In this document: positions 56,968 through 64,000 of the stretch, one piece after another
Layout of the letters: each line of letters starts with the position of its first letter
Numbering within the stretch: position 1 is the stretch's first letter
Source: Rebecca billardiae RCC1528
Lineage: Eukaryota; Protista; Haptophyta
Length of the DNA stretch: 64,000 bases
Direction: 5' to 3'
NCBI GenBank assembly: GCA_965240325.2
Contig: OZ251226.1
Location: 744,001 to 808,000, forward strand
Made by a program: the position numbers and the translations under genes
Notes under the pieces: generated by a model
Seen by the model: only the letters and a program-made list of their open reading frames with translations
Database searches by the model: none
What the model was told of the DNA's origin: nothing

Positions 56968-59649
56968 ATGGCGGAGGTGGATTTTGCGGCACGATTGCCG
57001 CCGCGTCCTGCGACGGCGGGGCCGAGCCGTCGGGAGCTCGCGCAAGGGCTCACCCTGGCTCGCTCCCCAGGCAGTTCGGATGAAGCCGAGGCCTCACGCC
57101 CGCAGACCGCACTGGCCTTGCCGCCCTCGCCGGGCACGCAGGTGCGGCGTGGGCTGGACCGGGTGTCATCTGCGGCCAAGTTTGAGGCCATCAAGATGCC
57201 GCTCATGAAGGGCGGCGTGTTCGCCACACCCGCGCGCACGGCCGAGTACTACGCCGAACGTGCACAGCAGCGTCTCGCCGTCGAGAATGGCAACTTTGCG
57301 CTCGCCCTCGCCGACTTTGAGCGTGCCATCGCGCTGCGCCCGCGCTCGTTCCGTGTGCTGCACGCGCGTGCGCTCGCGTACGCTCGGGCGGGCCAGCTCG
57401 AGAAGGCGATCGAGGATCTGAACCGCGCGATCGACTGCCTCCCCAGGCTGAGCATCCTCCACTGCGACGTGCCACTCGCGCGCGAGCGCTCGGCCGTCTT
57501 TGCAAGCCGCGCGCACGCGTGGCAAGCGTCTGGCCGTCTCGATGACGCGCTGGACGATTTCTCGACCGCGCTCCTCTTCCGCCCCGAGTCGGTGGAGCTG
57601 TTCACGGCGCGCGGCACGTGCCTGCGCAAGCTCGGCCGCTTCATCGAGTCCACCGAGGACTACAACGCCGCGCGCTCGCTCACCCGCCCGACCTTCCCCG
57701 AGTACGCGCGCGCGCACCGCGTGAAGCGCTTTACTCCGGACAAGGTGCTCAAGATTGCACGCCGCATGGTCGAGGACGAGCGGCTGGAGGCGGCGGCGCT
57801 GGCGCACGATGCGGAGATGGCGGAGCTGGCTCGGCTCACTGCCGAGCCCGAGGACGACGTCGTCCTCGTCTCCGAGCCCGGCGGCCCGGCGAGCGGCGCG
57901 CACTCGGCGCGAGACAGCTCGTCGCCGCGCCCCGGCGCCAACAAGTCGACGCCAGGGTCAGGCCATGGCTCCCGCCCCGACTCCGCGCCGGGCAGCCGCA
58001 AGGACAGCCGCGCGGTGCCGCTCGGCGTGAGGCGGGGCAGCCGGGCCGACCCCCGCCGGCCGAGCCGCGAGGAGAGCGGCAGCGGCAGCAGCAGCAGGCG
58101 GCAGAGCACGCTGGGCGCGGGCGCGCAGCAGCCGCGCGACGACCACGGCGCGCCGGGACAGGTGCGCTCGGCAGGCCGAAGGGGTCTGACGATCGATGTG
58201 GACGAGCCCGAGCCGGCCCCCTCGCACGCCATCTCGCCGTCGCCCTCGTCGCGCCGCGCGAGCTTCGCCAGGCCGCCGCCCTCGCCAGTGGGCAACCGCC
58301 CGATCGCCACGGCGCTCGGCCTCGCGGGCGGGCGGCGTCTCAGCACCGGCCCCGGGCGGCGCATCAGTCTCAACACCTCGGAGACCAGCTCGTCGCCCGT
58401 GATCCGCACGCCGGGCAAGCGGCCTGTGCTCCAGCGCCAGTTCTCCATCTTCGCCGAGGGCCGCGGCGACGACTTCGAGGAGCGCAAGGAGACCGTCACC
58501 ACGGACGACGCGGCGCTGTGCGTGCAGGTGCTCGGCACACCGCCGGAGGAGCGCACGGCGGAAGAGGAGGCGATGCTGTGCGAGGTCCTGTGTAAGGGCG
58601 CGGGCGCTTCTTCTACTTTCCACAACCTCGCCGGCCACTTCGCTGACCCGCGGCGCATGCGCGAGGTGCTCAGCCTGCTCTCCCTCGAGACGCTCGCCGC
58701 GGGCGAGATGCTCACCTCGCGCTCGCAGCGCGTCGAGCACGCCTTCTTGCTGCTCTCTGGCTCGATGCGCGTCGCGTGCGATGGGCCGCCCGACAGGCCC
58801 AACGTGTTTTACGACGAGGCGTCGCCGCCCTCACTCGAGGCGCTCGAGGCGCAGGGGTACCGGCACGTCGTGTGGGCGCGGAGGCCGGACTACACCGTCG
58901 AGCTGCGCGTGCGGCTGGTCAGCGGCGACTGCTTCGGCGCGCACACCCTCGGCTCGACCTCGGAGCTCGAGGCCAGGCTCGCCAACGGCGACGACCAGCC
59001 GACCGATCGGTCGCGGCCGGGCGGATGCGACGCGATCGCCGCCAAGCCCACGCTCGCGATCCGCGTGCCGCTGGACGCGCTCGAGCGCAACTTCCTGCGC
59101 ATGCGCGACGAGGACTGCCAGGAGATCTACGTCCTGCTCGCCGACATGTTCCTCTTCAAGGAGTACCCGCCCCACAAGCTGCTACGGCTGTCGCGGCTGA
59201 TGCACACGCGCCGCCACCTCCGGGGCGAGACGCTGATCCGGCAGGACGAGCCGCTCGGAGACATCTGCCTCATCGCCTCCGGCCACTGCAAGGCGTACCG
59301 AGACGTGCCCAAGCCCGGCGGCGGCTCGGTGCGCGTCGAGCTGTGCACGCTGTACGCGCGCAACTGGTTTGGCGAGGCGCCCGTGGTCGACCCGCAGGCC
59401 ATGGACGCGTTCGCGACCGTCGTGACCGAGGCAGTCACCGTCACCTACACGCTGCCCAGCGTGCACCGCGACGAGCTCGAGCCGGTGATGCACTCGCTGC
59501 GCGAGGACTACGTCGACCGATACCGGCCCGACCGCGAGCTGCTGCGGCGGCACGCCGAAGGGAAGCGCTGGGCCAGAGAGCGCTCCAAGGTGGTCGAGGG
59601 CGTGCTGCGCGAGCGCGACCAGCTGCGCGCGCTGCGCAAGTGGCACTGA
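56968..59649 (+). CDS. TPR-repeat protein with two C-terminal cyclic-nucleotide-binding-like domains
   Basis: Four TPR-like helical repeats (ALADFERAIALRP, AIEDLNRAI, ALDDFSTAL). Two CNB folds (GEML......AFLLLSG...GDCFG; GETLIRQDE...ICLIASG...WFGE). Confidence 0.85.
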   Translation: MAEVDFAARLPPRPATAGPSRRELAQGLTLARSPGSSDEAEASRPQTALALPPSPGTQVRRGLDRVSSAAKFEAIKMPLMKGGVFATPARTAEYYAERAQQRLAVENGNFALALADFERAIALRPRSFRVLHARALAYARAGQLEKAIEDLNRAIDCLPRLSILHCDVPLARERSAVFASRAHAWQASGRLDDALDDFSTALLFRPESVELFTARGTCLRKLGRFIESTEDYNAARSLTRPTFPEYARAHRVKRFTPDKVLKIARRMVEDERLEAAALAHDAEMAELARLTAEPEDDVVLVSEPGGPASGAHSARDSSSPRPGANKSTPGSGHGSRPDSAPGSRKDSRAVPLGVRRGSRADPRRPSREESGSGSSSRRQSTLGAGAQQPRDDHGAPGQVRSAGRRGLTIDVDEPEPAPSHAISPSPSSRRASFARPPPSPVGNRPIATALGLAGGRRLSTGPGRRISLNTSETSSSPVIRTPGKRPVLQRQFSIFAEGRGDDFEERKETVTTDDAALCVQVLGTPPEERTAEEEAMLCEVLCKGAGASSTFHNLAGHFADPRRMREVLSLLSLETLAAGEMLTSRSQRVEHAFLLLSGSMRVACDGPPDRPNVFYDEASPPSLEALEAQGYRHVVWARRPDYTVELRVRLVSGDCFGAHTLGSTSELEARLANGDDQPTDRSRPGGCDAIAAKPTLAIRVPLDALERNFLRMRDEDCQEIYVLLADMFLFKEYPPHKLLRLSRLMHTRRHLRGETLIRQDEPLGDICLIASGHCKAYRDVPKPGGGSVRVELCTLYARNWFGEAPVVDPQAMDAFATVVTEAVTVTYTLPSVHRDELEPVMHSLREDYVDRYRPDRELLRRHAEGKRWARERSKVVEGVLRERDQLRALRKWH

Positions 59650-59920
59650 GTCTGCTCACTATTCACTACCGTCGTCAGTCCGTTAATATATTTCACGGTT
59701 CATTGCCGCATGTGAGGTTTGCCGACCGTACGTCGATTGTCAATATCATCAAAAGGATGATGATGAATACTGCTTATATAATTGGCATCATCGGACCGCG
59801 TCGTGATCGCCCGTGTCACTGTCAGTGTGGCATGTCCGTCGTCGAATTTAACGCGACTGTCGCGACTCATGCTCCCGGTCCCACGCGGGCGCCCCCTCCC
59901 ATTCCCTCGCCCCGAAGGAC

Positions 59921-62900
59921 TCACTCCAGGAGGCGCACGAGCTCGTCGAGCCGCACCGACTGCACATCCTCCTCCTTCTTGGAGAGCAGCCCACGCGAGA
60001 GGCTCGCCTTGTGCTCCTGCAGCTTGACGATGTTCTCCTCGATGGTGCGCGCGCACACAAACTTGACGACGCGCACGGGGCGCGTCTGCCCGATGCGGTG
60101 GATGCGGTCGATGGCCTGCGAGTCGACGGCCGCGTTCCACCAGAGGTCGAGCAGGAAGCACTGCGACGCGCGCGTGAGGTTGAGGCCCGTCCCGCCCGCC
60201 TGCAGCGAGATGAGCATCACCGTCGGCCCGCGCTCCGCGTTGAACTCGCGGATGGACGTGCAGCGCTCCGAAACCTTCATGCGGCCGTCGATGCGGCACG
60301 TGTGGTGCCCCGCCTCGCGCAGCGCGGCCTCGACCAGGTTGAGCATCGACGTCCACTGCGAGAAGACGACCGACTTGATCTCGGCCGACTCGGCGCGGGT
60401 GCGCTCGAGCTCGGCGAGCAGCGTCGCGATCTTGCACGGCACGCCATCCATTGGCGGCAGCACGAGAGCGGGGGGCGGCGGCGCAGCGGCGAGCTGCACC
60501 GCCGCGGCCGCCTCGCCCGCGTCGTCGGCCGAGCTGTCGGCGCCGCCCACCGTACACGCTTCGACGGACGCCAGGTCGATCACGTCGGTCTCGGTGAACG
60601 GCGCGCGGCAGAGCGGGCAGCTGAGCGAGCCGCCGCACGCGTGCGCGCGCAGCCCGGCGACGCAGCCGGCGCAGAACGGGTGGCGGCACGCGCGCAGCAG
60701 CTGGACCGCGTCGTGCCCGACCTGTTGCAGGCAGACGCTGCACTCGAGCGATGCGCCGGCGGCCGCGTCGTCCTCGCCGGCCGGGGACGCGCCGTCCGCG
60801 CCGGTGTCCTCGCCGAGCATCGAGCGCAGGCCGCGGAGCATCGCGCTCGCCTCGGCCACCGTCAGCTTCGTCGCCTTCTTCTTCGCCGCCGACGCGGGCG
60901 AGCCCGAGCCCGCGTCGGCGTTGGGCTCCTCCTCAGCCGCGCCGCCATCCGCCAGCCGCCCCTCGAGGGTCGCGAGGACGCGCGCCGCCGCGTCGTACCG
61001 CTCGGCGGGCACGAGCGTGGGCGCGGAGCACGTCTGGCGCAGCCGCAGGATCAGGTCGAGGATGTCAAAGTAGTTCTTGAACACGGCGGAGGCGCCGCCC
61101 GCGTCGACGAGCTGGTTGAAGCAGCGCTTGAACGACTCGAAGAGCACGTCGTACCGCGCGCGCGCGCCCTCGGCCAGCTCGATCGACATCAGCTCGGTGC
61201 GCACCGGCGGCAGCGTGAGCGCGGCGTCTTGCAGCGTCGACTTCTCGCGCCGGATCGAGACGGCGCCGAGCAGCGTGCGCAGCCGGCGCACGCCGATCAT
61301 GTCGCCCTGCCGGATCGGCTTGCCCACCGCGCGCTGCCACACGGTGCGGTCGTCGAGCGGCGCGCACCGGATGAATGCGAGGATCGCGAAGAGATCGTCC
61401 ACGTTGTTCTGCAGCGGCGTGCCTGACACGCACCAGCGGTGCTTGGCGCGGAGCGCGCACACGGCGGCGAACTGCTTGGTCGAGCGGTTGCGGATGATGT
61501 GCGCCTCGTCGAGCACGACGCGGTGCCACTCCTCCTCGAGCAGCGTCGCGCCCGCCGCGCGCTTCGAGCCGCCGCCGCCGTTGGCCGCCTTGTGCTCCGA
61601 CTGCAGGGTCGCGTACGACGTGATGACCACGTCCGCCGCGCGCACCGCCGCCTCGGTGCGGTCGCCGCTGCCGTGCGAGCCGTGGTACACGCACACGCGC
61701 AGCACGCCCGGCTTCACGTGCGTCATCAGCTGCTCCTCCCAGTTGCCCAGCACGCTCGTCGGCGCGATGATCAGCGTGGCGCTGCCCGCCGGCCGCAGCG
61801 GCCGCGGCGCCGGCGCCACGGCAGCCGGCGGCGGCGGCACGACCGGCACGACCGCGGGCGCCGCGACCGACGCCTCGGCCGGGATGAGTGCCGCCGCCGG
61901 AGCGGCCGCGGGCACAACGGCCTCCGTGGGGGCCAGCACCGCGACCGTCGAGCTCGCGGCGGCAGGGGCCGCGGCGAGAGGCGCGGGGTCGACTGCCGTC
62001 GCGGCCGCCGCGGCGTCCGCGCGCTCGAGCGCGGAGACAAAGTCCGCCTTCTTCGGCTTGGGCGGCGTGCTCAGCCCGCGCTGCGCGACCAGGCTCTTCA
62101 GCTCGGCCACCTTGAGCTTGGCGTACACCGGCAGCGCCGCTGCCGGCTGCGGCTCGGCCTTGGGCTCCGGCTTGGGAGCCTCCTCGACCGCCGCGCGCTT
62201 GGCCGCGGGCATCTCGCCGCCGCCGCTCGCCGCATCGCCAGCCTCCGGCTTGAGCTCCGGCTTGAGCACGGCCTCGGCGTCGGGGATCGCCGGCCCCGCC
62301 ACCGCGGCCGCGGGCTCGGCCACGGGCTCGGCCTCCCACGGCGCGTACACCACGCCCTCAGCCGGGTTGGCGAGGATGAGCGCGATGATCTGGATGCTGC
62401 GGGGCGCCGGGCGGGAGCGCGCGCGGAGGGCATGGCGCCAGCGTGTGAGTGTGTGAGAGAGAGAGGCGGAGAGACCTCGCGGGGTCGGGGCGCCAACGCT
62501 CTGCTGCGCCCACGAGCGCTGGCAGCACGCGGTGCGGGGGGCGTCTGTCGCTGAGTGTGCGCCGCGCACACCTCTTGCCCAGGCCCATGTCGTCCGCGAG
62601 GATGCCGCCGAGCAGACTCGCGGGCTGGGCGCTGACGCTCGAGTTGGTCACCGTGTTGAAGTAGAGCACTGCCCCGCTGGGCGCGCGCCGCGCCTCGAAG
62701 AAGGGCGGCAGCGCCTTCGCCGCGCGCTCGCGCTGGAGCATCCATGCCGCGCCCTTCATCTGATGCGCGAGCAGCCGCGTGGCGAGCGCCGCCGGCGAGT
62801 CGAACGTGAGCGTCTCCAGGACCTTCTGCTGGTCGGCGTAGAGCGCATCCAGCTCCTGCTGCGAGCGCGCCTTGTCGATCACCTGCGTCGTCACCGCCGG

Positions 62901-63491
62901 CGGCGGCGGCGGCGCAGCCGGTAGCGCAGCGGGCGGCGGCGGGCGCGCCGCCTGGCCGCCGCCAAAGCCGTGGCCACCGCCGTAGCCACCGCCACGGCCA
63001 GCACCGTAGCCGGCACCGTAGCCGCCGCCAAAGCTCGTCGGCGGGGCTGACAGCGCGCTTGACACTGGCGGTGGCAGCAGGTGCAGCTTGCCCCGCAGGA
63101 TCATCGCCTTCGCCCAGTTGAAGCGCTCGGGCGTAGCGTACACGCCGATCTGGACCGGGATGTCCCACTGCGTCCGGTGTGGGTGGATGATCGTGCCCTC
63201 GAGGCGGCAGAGGCGGTGCGGGTCGTCGGCGATCGGGGCGAGCCAGGCCGCGATCGTCGCCTTGACGTGGCCCACCTGCGTCCCCGCCATGTTCTGCACG
63301 CAGATCGCGTTCGAGTCGTGGCGGTTGTTCGGTTCGCGAACGAGGTTCACGTACTCGCCAACGTGGCAGTCGCCCCGGTAGTACTGGATGCCGACGATCT
63401 TGCCATGGATGACCTGCACGAGGCGCTCTTGGGCCTCGCGGTACTCGTCAAAGTCCGAGATATGCGCGGTGTTGATCGGTGGCGCTCTCAT
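59921..63491 (-). CDS. RAD5/HLTF (SMARCA3)-like SNF2 helicase-E3 ligase: HIRAN, SNF2 ATPase, SAP-like insert, RING; intron 62397-62571
   Basis: HIRAN (IVGIQYY...LVREP.N.HD.NAI...QVGH), GGILADDMGLGKS, VVLDEAH, SGTPLQN, C3HC4 RING (CSVC...CRHPFC..C...CPLCR), KSVVFSQW, GLNLT.AS, QAIDRIHRIGQ. Confidence 0.93.
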
Positions 63492-63871
63492 CGTGGTCGG
63501 CTGGTCGCGTTCCCGCGTATGCCTGCTGCTCGGCGCAAAGCAGCTGCGCGCGCTCGACGCCGCCGCCGCAGACGAGGACCTCGCGCTCGCAAAGTCGCTC
63601 GGCAGTTTGACCGCGCGATCTCTCGCCAATCGGCCAAAAGCGCCAAGGAGGCAAAGACTGGGACGACGGTTTGTTTGTTTGTTTGAAACAAGCTCAAAGC
63701 CGGATTCGTCAACACCTGAGTCCGGACTCCTCACCGTACCGCCTTATTGATGATTGGCCTGAGTGAGGACCCTTCACCTTGTCTGAGTTGTCACAGCACT
63801 CACAGCCAGTAGCCACCGGGACGCACGCAACTCACTGACGCAAGTCGCCACGGCGACCAGTGTCCTTATTA

Positions 63872-63959
63872 CAGCCGCAAGGAATAAGCAGAGACGCACA
63901 CAGCTCAGGCAATATCTCGCCTGCCTGAGCTGTGTGCGTCTCTTATTCTTAGTAAACTG
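63872..63959. mobile_element. 88-bp Tc1/mariner-type MITE (two abutting TIR arms) flanked by TA
   Basis: TA|CAGCCGCAAGGAATAAGCAGAGACGCACACAGCTCAGGCA ... TGCCTGAGCTGTGTGCGTCTCTTATTCTTAGTAAACTG|TA. Confidence 0.75.
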
Positions 63960-64000
63960 TACATCTCGGAGCCTGCCCGTGTCCGTGCCGTAAAACCGCT

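Overview
Very GC-rich eukaryotic nuclear DNA with short spliceosomal introns (mostly GTGCGC...CGCAG) and several signal-peptide-bearing plastid proteins. This fits an alga with a complex plastid, most likely a haptophyte such as a Pavlovales member (inference from composition and gene style, not a search). The first ~19 kb is a transposon and satellite field. It holds a ~200-bp inverted-repeat pair (554-751 / 18164-18386) that brackets a psq-HTH transposase-like relic and an intact divergent P5C reductase / ferredoxin-nitrite reductase pair. It also holds three CAAGG...CCTTG elements with 7-bp target duplications (a MITE, a Galileo-like foldback and a 14-bp footprint), Tc1/mariner-type TIRs, a restriction-like-endonuclease LINE relic with 5'-truncated copies, and a poly-C/poly-G mini-element. 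The remaining ~45 kb holds about 19 genes, mostly in head-to-head pairs: HAD hydrolase, GLG1-like, La-related protein, IPP isomerase, PCO/ADO thiol dioxygenase, ITPK1, SCP2-like membrane protein, bestrophin, proteasome alpha-4, Vps55, an unusual AAA+ ATPase, TLC protein, a frameshifted cytochrome-b5 desaturase, a TPR/cNMP protein and a RAD5/HLTF helicase. No rRNA, tRNA or CRISPR array was seen. All calls come from reading motifs by eye; exon boundaries were checked for reading-frame consistency only.
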